This document shows positions 20,576 through 29,562 of a stretch of DNA of 64,000 bases, piece after piece (the first letter of the stretch is position 1; every line of letters starts with the position of its first letter). Source of the stretch: an uncultured delta proteobacterium (GTDB lineage Bacteria; Desulfobacterota; WTBG01; CAIYCZ01; CAIRTM01). The position numbers and the translations under genes are program-made. The stretch covers positions 7,936-71,935 of the forward strand of contig CAVRBJ010000002.1 of NCBI GenBank assembly GCA_963718965.1. Direction: 5' to 3'. Under the pieces are notes generated by a model. That model was not told where the DNA came from and made no database searches. It saw nothing but the letters and a program-made list of their open reading frames with translations.

Positions 20576-22474
20576 ATGTGGTCAACAGTTACAAATGGCA
20601 AGCTCCGTTCAACGCTTTTCGTTTTACTTTTATTCATCATCTTATTGCTGCACCAGAACGTTTTTGCTGCCGCCACAGTAACAATAACACCGGATACAGC
20701 AATTGCTGATAAATTCATCAGGCATACGGTTACCGGTATTACAACGCCGTTGCCCCAATTACCCGATGTGCCTGGATTTCTCGGCTCCTCATTTGTGTCT
20801 GTCGGTTCTCTAAAGAAAAAGGAGAGGGGCGAATTGAGCATTGTCAGCTCTTCAGGCGAAGGCAGTGATGGTAATTATATGACTCTTAATGGAGAAATTG
20901 CTGTTTTTACATGGAATGGAAGAGATCTTGACAGCTGGAAGCAGGGTATCATCAATAACACATTTTCATTCCCTAATGTTCCAGTTCTTACAGACATGGA
21001 TGGTGATGGTGATCTTGATATTCTTGTCGGAGATAATTTTGTAACAGGTTTTGTAACAAAATTTCATGCCGGTATCTACTGGTTAGAAAATAAACGCGGG
21101 GTGCTGACCAAGACTGAAAATTGGGTTAAACATACAATTTATGAGGGCGGCGACAATCCGACCGGCATATCAGGGCTTATGCGTGTTGCCGTACTGGATG
21201 TCGATGGCGACGGGAAGCAGGATATCATTACAAGCAGGCTGGACTTGGGCACATGGCAAACCTATGTACCCAAATATCCTCCCGTTGACCCGCCACCATA
21301 TGAACCGCAATTTTCTTTTATGGAGGTATTCAGACAGGAGACCCCCGATTACCTTCAAACAGATGCAGATGGAGCAGTAGGGAAAGGCGGCACCTGTTAC
21401 GGGTACTCCCGGCATGTGATAGGTGACGGCGCAGGATTTCAGTTTGGCCTGGCGGATTTTGATGAAGACGGTGATCTTGATATTTATGCGCCACAGTTTT
21501 TAATAACCTATTTTGGTGAATACATCGTCAGGCCGGATATTCATGGCGACAGCCTTATATGGTTTGAAAACCCAGGCGCTTCTTCTGCAGCGCTTGAAGC
21601 CTGGGCACGCCACACCATTTCCAACAATAATACCTCCGGCAATCCTATTGGGCGTGGGTATGTGGTGCTCAATGAAGATATAGATAATGATGGAAAAAAA
21701 GAGCTGCTCTTCAGTTCCAACAACCATCAGGATTATAAAAACGGGCATCGCCTGTGGCCTTCCGGAGTGTTTTTTCTCGATATTCCCGAAGACCCTAAAG
21801 TCACTGCGAATTGGTCTGATCCCATAACGATTGAGACCGGTGATCCGAATCTTGATCCTGACAATGCTACTGCAGTGGCCAATGACCTCTATGCCTGTGA
21901 TCGCCCTGGCAATCCAAACAGCACGGGTTCTCCCGGTGATATACGGACGGGAGATATTAACAACGACGGTTATCTTGATTTAGTGGTGCCGGGTGACAGC
22001 AAGGGAGCGGTATATTATTATGAAAGCAGCGGGTCTTCGCCGGAAGCACTGAAGTTCAAAAGGACGACACTGTATGTTGACCAGGGGACTATAACCGGCG
22101 GGTGTGCAATCGTTGATATAGATGGAGATGGTGATCTTGATATTGTGCAGGGAATGTATGATACAAGTGTTTTACAACCGGGTGACACGGATTATGTAAA
22201 GCTCGCATCATCATCAATATTTATCTATGAAAACACTACTATAACAAAAAAATGCCCTTTAAAACGGTTGCTGGGGGAGGATAACCCAACCCTTGCAAAT
22301 CTGCGCGCTTTCCGTGACAGCAGTCTTGTTGAAACTGCCCTTGGTCGGAAGGCAATACAAATCTATTATAACAACTCCGACACTATCAATACGGCCCTTA
22401 CACGCAGTCCCGCTCTGCGGGCAGTGACCCGTAGCGTGCTTGAGGTTATTGCTCCGATGATTGGAAAGAATTAA
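20576..22474 (+). CDS. secreted FG-GAP/VCBS (integrin-alpha-like) repeat protein
   Basis: GGAGGA lies 8 nt before the ATG at 20576. Signal peptide LRSTLFVLLLFIILLLHQNVFAAA. At least six Ca-binding DxDxDG loops: DMDGDGDLDILVGD, DVDGDGKQDIITS, DFDEDGDLDIYAP, DIDNDGKKELLFS, DINNDGYLDLVVPG, DIDGDGDLDIVQG. The distinct ~75-aa C-terminal tail reads LANLRAFRDSSL...IYYNNSD...LRAVTRSVL. Confidence 0.85.
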   Translation: MWSTVTNGKLRSTLFVLLLFIILLLHQNVFAAATVTITPDTAIADKFIRHTVTGITTPLPQLPDVPGFLGSSFVSVGSLKKKERGELSIVSSSGEGSDGNYMTLNGEIAVFTWNGRDLDSWKQGIINNTFSFPNVPVLTDMDGDGDLDILVGDNFVTGFVTKFHAGIYWLENKRGVLTKTENWVKHTIYEGGDNPTGISGLMRVAVLDVDGDGKQDIITSRLDLGTWQTYVPKYPPVDPPPYEPQFSFMEVFRQETPDYLQTDADGAVGKGGTCYGYSRHVIGDGAGFQFGLADFDEDGDLDIYAPQFLITYFGEYIVRPDIHGDSLIWFENPGASSAALEAWARHTISNNNTSGNPIGRGYVVLNEDIDNDGKKELLFSSNNHQDYKNGHRLWPSGVFFLDIPEDPKVTANWSDPITIETGDPNLDPDNATAVANDLYACDRPGNPNSTGSPGDIRTGDINNDGYLDLVVPGDSKGAVYYYESSGSSPEALKFKRTTLYVDQGTITGGCAIVDIDGDGDLDIVQGMYDTSVLQPGDTDYVKLASSSIFIYENTTITKKCPLKRLLGEDNPTLANLRAFRDSSLVETALGRKAIQIYYNNSDTINTALTRSPALRAVTRSVLEVIAPMIGKN

Positions 22475-22492
22475 ACCTGAGACAAAGGAATA

Positions 22493-22532
22493 AAGAAGGC
22501 CTAACTGCCAGATAGAACTGTTAGGCCTTCTT
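22493..22532 (+). terminator. intrinsic terminator after the FG-GAP gene
   Basis: 13-bp stem aagaaggcctaac / gttaggccttctt with a 14-nt loop, running into a T/A-rich tail. It starts 19 nt after the stop codon. Confidence 0.5.
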
Positions 22533-22644
22533 TATAAAAATGTACATTACATCTGCCAACAGGCTATGACAACTGCACCGTAAGCCGTGGTGCAAGCTCA
22601 TCCACCGAAGGGCTTCGATGGGGTCTCAGAACATCCTCTGACAA

Positions 22645-22684
22645 TAAAAAAAGCACGTAGAAAATCGATTCTACGTGCTTTTTT
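22645..22684 (-). terminator. intrinsic (bidirectional-looking) terminator downstream of tRNA-Met
   Basis: 11-bp stem agcacgtagaa / ttctacgtgct flanked by A7 on one side and T5-6 on the other. On the minus strand the hairpin is followed by TTTTTTT, 7 nt after the tRNA 3' end. Confidence 0.6.
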
Positions 22685-22690
22685 AAAATA

Positions 22691-22767
<77 letters not shown>

Positions 22768-22788
22768 ACATTTGTAAATTATTTTATC

Positions 22789-22816
22789 AGTATATAGAAA
22801 ACAACCTGCAAGTCAA
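22789..22816 (-). promoter_or_regulatory. putative sigma-70 promoter for tRNA-Met
   Basis: The minus strand reads TTGACT (22816-22811), a 16-nt spacer, then TATACT (22794-22789). It lies ~22 nt upstream of the mature tRNA 5' end. Confidence 0.4.
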
Positions 22817-22848
22817 GGCTTTTAAAGCACCCGTATCTCTTTTGTCGC

Positions 22849-23277
22849 TCACTGCCGCTGCGCCGCGTCAACATCCAGAAGCTGCCGCACTTTTTCAACC
22901 ACGTCCGGCGGCACAGGCTGAATCTTCACATCGCGGTTTACAAATGCCAGCACCGTATAGCCCCGGGCAAGCAGCGTGCGGGGCTCTTTCCTGTATATCT
23001 CATGCTCAATTCTTATGCTCGCCTTTTTCAGTGCACCGATGAAGGTCTCTATAAGCAGCAAATCATCATAGCGAACCGATTTGATATAATTGCAGTGCGC
23101 CTCCGTGACAGGCGTATAGATGCCCCTGTCGGATATATCGCGGTAGGCAAGTCCAAGTGATCTGAAAAGCTCGGTTCTGCCGCGCTCAAACAGAGTCAGG
23201 TAGTTGGCGTAGTACATGACGTCGAAAGGATCGCAGTCGGCATAGATGACCCTGTACTCCGTTACAAAAGGCTTCAT
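22849..23277 (-). CDS. acyl-CoA thioesterase, 4HBT/YbgC family
   Basis: Intact 142-aa ORF; YRVIYADCDPFDVMYYANYLTLFERGRTELFRSLG is a typical hot-dog-fold YbgC/4HBT N-terminus with a catalytic Asp. Confidence 0.8.
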   Translation of the reverse strand: MKPFVTEYRVIYADCDPFDVMYYANYLTLFERGRTELFRSLGLAYRDISDRGIYTPVTEAHCNYIKSVRYDDLLLIETFIGALKKASIRIEHEIYRKEPRTLLARGYTVLAFVNRDVKIQPVPPDVVEKVRQLLDVDAAQRQ

Positions 23278-23319
23278 AGGGCAGCACCCCTGATAAAGTG
23301 GTTCATAAGCCGTGCGCCT

Positions 23320-24493
23320 TCATCGACACACAATTCCTGACGCGCGGGCATCTTTCTCGCAGTAGGCCCGCTGGTTGTTGATTTTATTGTCGCGGTCTGC
23401 CGAATTATACAGGATAAACGGCACCGGGTCTGATGCATGGGTTTTTGTGCACAGGGGAGTTGGATGATCGGGCATGATCAGAACCTTAAAATCGGCGTAC
23501 CGCTTCTCAAGACCATCGATCATGGGCCCGACGATACGCGCATCAAAATCCTCGATAGCCTGCAGCTTTTCGCTGAAGCTGCCCTTGTGCGAGGCCTCAT
23601 CAGGGGCCTCCACATGGACATAGACAAAGTCGCCGGATTCAAGCGCCTGCAGAGCAGCCGCGACCTTGCCGGCGTAGTTGGTGTCGAGATAGCCGGTGGC
23701 GCCGGGCACATCGATTGATGCAAGGCCCGCGCATATGCCAAGGCCCTTGACAAGATCAACCGCCGAAATAACGCTGCCGGAGATGCCGTATAGGTCTGCA
23801 AATCGCGGAATTTTAAGCGCCCTGCCCTGCCCCCACAGCCAGATGGAGCTCACAGGCTTGTCTCCCCGCTCAGCTCTCCGTTTGTTTATTTCCAGACCGG
23901 GAAGAACAGACCGGCTCTGCTCCATAAGCTGCCTCACCCGCTCGGAGCCCTCACCGCGGGGCAGATAGTCGTCAATTCTTCTGCCTGATATATCATGGGG
24001 CGGCGTGGTTTTAAGTTTGTCTGTGCCGTTTTTCCATACCATCAGATGCCGATAGCTCACGCCGGGATAAAAGGTGATATCCTTACTGTCGAGAGTCTTT
24101 TTAAGCCCTGCTATGATTTCGGCGGCTTCGGCAGTTGCTATATGCCCGGCGCTGTAGTCATCCATAAAGAGCCCGCCGGCTTGTTCCGCAAGAGTGACAA
24201 GGTTGCAGCGGAAAGCGATATCAGTGTCGGCAAGCGCAACGCCGATGCTTGCGGCTTCGATGGAGGCGCGGCCCGGAATAATATTTCCGGGGGTCATAGC
24301 CCAGGGCTGCAAGGTTTGCCACATCGCTTCCCGGGTCCATGCCCTCGGGAATGGTGTGCACAAGGCCGAGAGCGCCCTTCTGCGCCAGCATGTCCATGCA
24401 GGGCGTTGCGGCAAGCTCAAGCGGGGTTTTGCCGCCTTTTTCTTCAATGGGATAATCGGCCATGCCGTCGCCGAGAAGAACCACGTATTTCAT
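23320..24493 (-). CDS. cofactor-independent phosphoglycerate mutase family protein (ApgM / proposed homoserine kinase type), one frame break near 24270
   Basis: N-terminus [34 protein letters not shown]...[18 protein letters not shown] (in ORF 24221..24523). It joins ORF 23320..24447 ([11 protein letters not shown]...FRCNLV...[14 protein letters not shown]...IMPDHPTP). Confidence 0.8.
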
Positions 24494-24500
24494 ATGCGCC

Positions 24501-24556
24501 TCGCGAAAGGGTTCAGCGTTCAAGGTTTAAAGTTCAGGGTTCGGAGTTCGGAGTTT
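24501..24556. repeat. heptanucleotide-periodic repeat array (GTTCRGN type)
   Basis: The array gttcagc gttcaag gtttaaa gttcagg gttcgga gttcgga gttttta has strict 7-nt phasing. It lies in the apgM-GT9 intergenic gap. Confidence 0.6.
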
Positions 24557-24623
24557 TTATTCTGATTTCTTGCTTGAGAACCTTCGCTACCTGAGTATTT
24601 ACAAAATAAACAGATTTCGCATA

Positions 24624-25604
24624 CTACTTGAGGAGCCGCTCTTTGTCAACCGCCCAGCAGCAGGCGCGCCTTCGCAGCACCGTCTCCGGCTCGGGCCAGC
24701 GCCACTGCCCGTCACTGTCACATTCTCTGACAATGCAGACTGACTTTCCCCGCGGCGCCCAGACCGCGGGATCGGTAGGGCCGAAAACGGCAACCGTCGG
24801 TATGCCAAGAGCCGCTGCCATATGGGTGATGCCCGAATCATTGCCGATAAACAGCCCGCTCCGGCTGATGATGGCGGCAACAAGAGGCAGGTCAAGATTG
24901 CGCAGCACGTGGATGCGGAAGGTTGTGTAAGGCCAGTCTGCATGTCTCCTGCTGTATGCTCGTCGGCAGGCCCCTGCAACGATTAAAAACACCGCTCGCA
25001 TATCCTCATGCAGCCGCTGCATGACGGCACTGAAAACGAGGCGGCAGGCCAGCACTTGTGCCGGCCGCCACTGCCGGCATGCACGGCAATAAGCGGCCCC
25101 GTCGTCGCATCAAAATCATTGCGTCGCAAAAAATCATCTGCCCGACGGCGGTCATCACTGCTTACACGCAGCTGCGGTATGGAAATGGCAGGCGCAAAGC
25201 CCATGGCGGCAAGCTGAGCGAGCTGATAATCGACCACATGCTGCGCAGGTCGGGGAATGTCCTGATATGAACAGCGGCAGGATGGCAGCGCTGCACATTT
25301 TCAATAAAAGCGCTTTGCTCGCTGCGCGCTGAAAATAAAAATCCGCTCAAACCCGTCCAGATATCGCCGCATCTGCGCAGATACATCCTCGAAATCGCCG
25401 ATACAGCGTGCTTGCAGGAGCCCAGTCGACCGAGCGGATCGTGTCGGCAAAATTGCCGGTGACCAGTGAAAGTATTCCCGGATAGCCGAGCATCTCGATG
25501 GCCCGTTCCGGAAAAGCATTTTTAATCGTTTGCAGCGCAGGAAGGGAAAGAACAAGATCGCCGATAGCGCCCTGGTGGATGACAAGTATCTTTGCTCCGG
25601 GCAT
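24624..25604 (-). CDS. glycosyltransferase family 9 (heptosyltransferase-like), reading frame broken at least four times
   Basis: N-terminus MPGAKILVIHQGAIGDLVLSLPALQTIKNAFPERAIEMLGYP (ORF 25347..25604). C-terminus LFIGNDSGITHMAAALGIPTVAVFGPTDP (ORF 24624..25055). Intermediate pieces lie in ORFs 25301..25585 and 24983..25237. It may be a true pseudogene. Confidence 0.7.
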
Positions 25605-25606
25605 GG

Positions 25607-26455
25607 CTAATCCACAAAATGCACGGTATGGCTCAGGCTGCGGCCGCGCACGCTCACCAGCACATAATTGAACCTGCCCACGAATCCTTCGCCCCTATCG
25701 CTATACAGGGGGGCGCCTGCGCCTCCGGATATAATAAGCGGTACGCCGCTTATCGATGCCTGTGCATATCCATGCAGGTGACCGCACACCACAGCGCGAA
25801 TGCGAGAGGAATTATTGCGAATCAGTTCGATGAAGGGCCCGGTTATGGCCTCCGCTCCATGCACCTTAAGAGGGGCTATGGATGGAGGCGTATGTGCAAC
25901 GATGACAACATTATTGGCTTTTGCACAAATCCTGTCCAATGGCAAGAGCTCTTTTTTGCCGGGCAGTGAAACAAACTCCCCGTCAAGCTTCCCATCGGTC
26001 GTATCAATAAAAATAAAGTGATACGCCCCGATCTGTATATAAAAATCAGGCGGACCAAAAACTTTTCTAAAAAGATTCCCGCCAGCTGCAACCATATCAT
26101 GATTGCCGGGCACGACAACAACCGGCACCGGGCAGCCCTTCAGCACCTTGACCGCCTCGGCATACTGCTCGGCGCTGCCGATTGTGGAAAAATCGCCGGC
26201 ATGAATGATGAAGGCGGGATCATGAGCCGCAGCAGCAGCAAGAATCCCCTGAAACTTCTCAGGATTGCCCCTGCTGTCGCCAACCAGGGCAAAGGTGAAA
26301 TTATCGCTGCCGGCAAGCCTGTCTGTTATACGCTGTGCGGCTGCGGCGTTCAGCTGCGAGGGCAGATCAGGCTGAAGCCATGGCAGAGAGCAGGCGCCGC
26401 ACAGCAGCAAAAAAAGGGCGCATGCTGAGAGTTTGCTCTTAATCGTTTCTTTCAT
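25607..26455 (-). CDS. secreted metallophosphoesterase (calcineurin-like)
   Basis: Intact 282-aa ORF with an N-terminal signal peptide. Motifs: VGDSRGN, HAGDFS, VPGNHD, GHLH. Its start overlaps the GMC gene stop by 4 nt. Confidence 0.8.
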   Translation of the reverse strand: MKETIKSKLSACALFLLLCGACSLPWLQPDLPSQLNAAAAQRITDRLAGSDNFTFALVGDSRGNPEKFQGILAAAAAHDPAFIIHAGDFSTIGSAEQYAEAVKVLKGCPVPVVVVPGNHDMVAAGGNLFRKVFGPPDFYIQIGAYHFIFIDTTDGKLDGEFVSLPGKKELLPLDRICAKANNVVIVAHTPPSIAPLKVHGAEAITGPFIELIRNNSSRIRAVVCGHLHGYAQASISGVPLIISGGAGAPLYSDRGEGFVGRFNYVLVSVRGRSLSHTVHFVD

Positions 26456-28017
26456 GAGGCTGTACTCTTTTGCTGCATCGCAGAAGAAGCCTGCTCACTG
26501 GCGCGGGTTCGGCCCAGCATGGCGTCGGCCGTCTTGTAGGCGAGGCAGTAAATAATAAAGGCGCAGTTGGCCAGAAGCGGCGCGGGGAATAGGCTGCCGT
26601 CGGTGATCCAGGCATTTTCGAGGTCCCAGCACTTGCCATTGAGATCGGTAACCGAATTTGCGGGATCGGTCCCCATGCGGCAGGTGCCCACCTTGTGCAC
26701 CACGTCGATGCCGCCGGCATACATCTGTGCGGGATCAGCGCCGGCATTGAGCATGATCGAGCGGGCATGCGCAACCCCTGCTGCAAGCCAGGCGCTCTCC
26801 TGCTGATTGGGCTCGAAAGTCACCACCGGCAAAGAAAGGCCGTAGCGGTTTTTGCGTGACTCATGAGGCAGCACGCTATTTTCAGTAAACCCCGTATCAA
26901 AACTTCGCACAAGAGGCGCGGAAATAACCATGCGGCTGTACTGCCGCATAAGGCGCTTGAACGGCAATCCGATGAGGTTGACAAGATCTGCCGTTTCCAT
27001 AACCTCAACCATGGCGCCCATATAGGTGGGAGGGGCCACCATGTTGAACTCAAGCATATAGCCTTTGTCATAGTTGGCGTACAGGTCATTGAGCTCAACA
27101 AGATTGCCCTGATAGGTGCGCACATCATCTCGCTTGAGAATCGAGTAGGTTGCGCGCATGAAATGACCGCGCAGATTTTTGCCCACCTGCCCCGAGCTGT
27201 TGGCAAGAACACGACCGCGCCTGCCCGACCAGTTGAGCAGCATGGGCGTCATCATGGAGCCCGCTGCAAGAATGAACCGGTCAGCATGCAGCGTGTGCTG
27301 CGTGACAATTTCTGTTAAACGACCGGTTTTGACTCTTTTAAGATAGGTAACGCTTTCAATTTTAGATCCGCTGCAATTGGTATTCAGATGCACGGCAAGG
27401 CAGTTGTCGCGCACCGTGGCGCCGAACCAGCGCGCTTTGGGCAGCGTTATGGTCAGGGCATTCGACTTGGCATTGTAGCGGCACCCCAGTATGCAGCAGC
27501 GGCACTTGCGGCACCGGTCATGGTACACGCCGTATTCAAAATAGGGCTCGCGGTTATAGCCTGCCTGAATGGGCCCGAGCATGCCGCCGGAGGCCTCATG
27601 CATGAGCTTTGCATAATGGCTCAGCTCCTCCAGAGGCCAGCGAGACACATGATAGCGCTGCTTGGCAAGGTCTATATAGGGCAGCAGTTCCTCATAGGAA
27701 ATGGGCCACAGGCCATAGTCGCGGGGAGTGGATTCTTCCAGCACACCGGCATAAATGGTTGTGCCGCCGCCCGCACACTCACCCATGTCGGTGCGCCAGT
27801 TGCGGCCTTCATACTGCTCATGCCAGAAAAGGCCGTCATCTATGGTGCGCAGAAAGCTCTGCGTTGCGGCAAAATGATTGTCCGAGCCATACGTAATGTC
27901 GAGGTCTTTGCCCGCCTCTAAAAAAACGACCTTTGCCCCTGCCTCGGCAAGCTCTGCGCCCACGGTAGCGCCTCCGGCGCCGGCCCCGATTATGACAACA
28001 TCGGCATGATCGCTCAC
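26452..28017 (-). CDS. GMC family FAD-dependent oxidoreductase (dehydrogenase large subunit)
   Basis: Intact 521-aa ORF with the Rossmann motif DVVIIGAGAGGATVGAELAEAGAKVVFLEAG. The C-terminal GMC signature is HKVGTCRMGTD...ITDGSLFP. Confidence 0.85.
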   Translation of the reverse strand: MSDHADVVIIGAGAGGATVGAELAEAGAKVVFLEAGKDLDITYGSDNHFAATQSFLRTIDDGLFWHEQYEGRNWRTDMGECAGGGTTIYAGVLEESTPRDYGLWPISYEELLPYIDLAKQRYHVSRWPLEELSHYAKLMHEASGGMLGPIQAGYNREPYFEYGVYHDRCRKCRCCILGCRYNAKSNALTITLPKARWFGATVRDNCLAVHLNTNCSGSKIESVTYLKRVKTGRLTEIVTQHTLHADRFILAAGSMMTPMLLNWSGRRGRVLANSSGQVGKNLRGHFMRATYSILKRDDVRTYQGNLVELNDLYANYDKGYMLEFNMVAPPTYMGAMVEVMETADLVNLIGLPFKRLMRQYSRMVISAPLVRSFDTGFTENSVLPHESRKNRYGLSLPVVTFEPNQQESAWLAAGVAHARSIMLNAGADPAQMYAGGIDVVHKVGTCRMGTDPANSVTDLNGKCWDLENAWITDGSLFPAPLLANCAFIIYCLAYKTADAMLGRTRASEQASSAMQQKSTAS

Positions 28018-28622
28018 TTGCGCACCCCCTTCTTCAGGCTCACGGGGAAAATATAGGAATCGACATAGCCCTCATTGGGCAGGCGGAAGGTGCCTGCCGG
28101 ATCATCCGGGTCATACCAGCCCATGGAGGTAAAAACCGCTGTCTGCTCGTCAGGCGCATTATCTTCAAATGTGCCGATCATGGAAAGCGACAGCATGGCA
28201 GTCAGCAGATCCCGCAGCAGGGGCTTCTGCTGTTCACGCTCGCTCACCCACTTCTTTATTGCTTCAAGCTGCTGTGCAGCTGTACAGGCAGTAAACTTTT
28301 TACCGGCAACTGTGCGGGCATATTGGTTAAGCATCATGGTCAAAAAAGCCTGCCCTGCAAACCCCAGCGTTGAAGCAAGAACTTTATCTGCCCCGTAATC
28401 CGAGCCTTTAAAATCGCCTTCGATCTCAGGATCAACAGGCACAAGCACGTCAACAGCTGCAGTCACCGCACGCCATGGCCGAACCGTATCTTTTGCAGAT
28501 GCCTGCCCAGCGCCGGCAAACATATTGCACGATAGCTTAAGCTCTCTACCCGAGGCCGAATCCGCGACCAGAGCGGAAAAAAAAGCAGCCGTTGAATAGG
28601 TAATAAAGTCTCGACGGTTCAT
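28014..28622 (-). CDS. TAT-signal small subunit, gluconate 2-dehydrogenase subunit 3-like
   Basis: Intact 202-aa ORF with a twin-arginine leader MNRRDFITYSTAAFF. It has 4-nt overlaps with both neighbours and sits upstream of a GMC flavoprotein, as in three-subunit flavoprotein-cytochrome dehydrogenases. Confidence 0.6.
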   Translation of the reverse strand: MNRRDFITYSTAAFFSALVADSASGRELKLSCNMFAGAGQASAKDTVRPWRAVTAAVDVLVPVDPEIEGDFKGSDYGADKVLASTLGFAGQAFLTMMLNQYARTVAGKKFTACTAAQQLEAIKKWVSEREQQKPLLRDLLTAMLSLSMIGTFEDNAPDEQTAVFTSMGWYDPDDPAGTFRLPNEGYVDSYIFPVSLKKGVRK

Positions 28623-29416
28623 TTTTTTGCTCCTGTTGTATCGATGACACCGTTGAGATGATCGCCAAAAGGCAGAATGCTGCGATCAGGTGCAACCGTT
28701 CCCGGATGGCAGCTTGAGCAGTCTGCAGCCGTATTATTGTCAGGGTCGGTAAGTCTGTGGCAGGCGCCGCACAGCGAGGCTGCGCCGCTTGCGTCCTTCC
28801 ACGAAGGCTCCTTATAATTTCCACCTGTAAGCGTTGCCCCGTGGCAATAGACATTTTTGCAGGTCGTTCCGTTCCACACAGGCTGAACGCCGCCTGCCTT
28901 TGCAAGACCGGAAAAAATGACCTCGGCCTTGCCGTCATCGTCGATATGGCCTGCTGCCCAAGTCGACAGCGGCACAATATGGCAATTTGAGCATGCCACC
29001 TGATGCACCGGTAGTGCGCTCATACGCATAAACTTATGGGCGCCGACGCCATCGAGCCCCTGCCCGCACTCGCCCTTAAGATTCTGCGGCGGCGACGCAC
29101 CCTGGTTCCAGCCATGGCATGATGAACAACCGACGGCATAATCAACAGTTCCGTTATTATGCAGATTTGTTTGCAGAAAAGCAAAACTGCTGTCGATGAC
29201 CTGGCCGTGACAGCGATAGCAGCGTGTGTTGTCTGGATGTTTGCCGTGTTTGCCTTGAATGGGTGGGGAATGGCAGTCATTACAGCCTGCTGGAACCTGT
29301 ACTACAGGATAGCCGCAGTCGTCAAGGGCTGGGCTGGCGGCATACGATGAGCCGCTAAACAGCATGAGCATGCTGATGATTGCTGAGAGTATCTTGCCTA
29401 TCGTCATATAAAGCAT
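28619..29416 (-). CDS. multiheme c-type cytochrome with a CxxxxCH...CxxCH (Geobacter-type) motif
   Basis: Intact 265-aa ORF with a signal peptide. Six CxxCH motifs (CNDCH, CYRCH, CSSCH, CSNCH, CGACH, CSSCH) plus one CKNVYCH. Confidence 0.8.
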   Translation of the reverse strand: MLYMTIGKILSAIISMLMLFSGSSYAASPALDDCGYPVVQVPAGCNDCHSPPIQGKHGKHPDNTRCYRCHGQVIDSSFAFLQTNLHNNGTVDYAVGCSSCHGWNQGASPPQNLKGECGQGLDGVGAHKFMRMSALPVHQVACSNCHIVPLSTWAAGHIDDDGKAEVIFSGLAKAGGVQPVWNGTTCKNVYCHGATLTGGNYKEPSWKDASGAASLCGACHRLTDPDNNTAADCSSCHPGTVAPDRSILPFGDHLNGVIDTTGAKK

Positions 29417-29511
29417 ACTAACACCTGTTTATTTGAAAAGTACCAGATAGCCAGTGGCGGGTCAAACGTTTTCACCGGCGCGACCAAAGAAAGCATTTGA
29501 TAAATGCCTGT

Positions 29512-29539
29512 TTTGCAGTTATAGATAAGAAGATATAAA
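29512..29539 (+). promoter_or_regulatory. possible sigma-70 promoter for ccdA-tlpA
   Basis: TTTGCA (29512-29517), a 16-nt spacer, then TATAAA (29534-29539). It lies 24 nt upstream of the ccdA ATG. Confidence 0.3.
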
Positions 29540-29562
29540 AATTAATAACACCGGCGTATCAA

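Noticed and set aside
29417-29562. Sigma-54 promoter upstream of the cytochrome/GMC operon (CTGGCTATCTGGTAC on the minus strand).
   Set aside because: It lacks the -12 TTGC element at the correct spacing. Only the 45833-45850 site satisfies the GG-N10-GC geometry.
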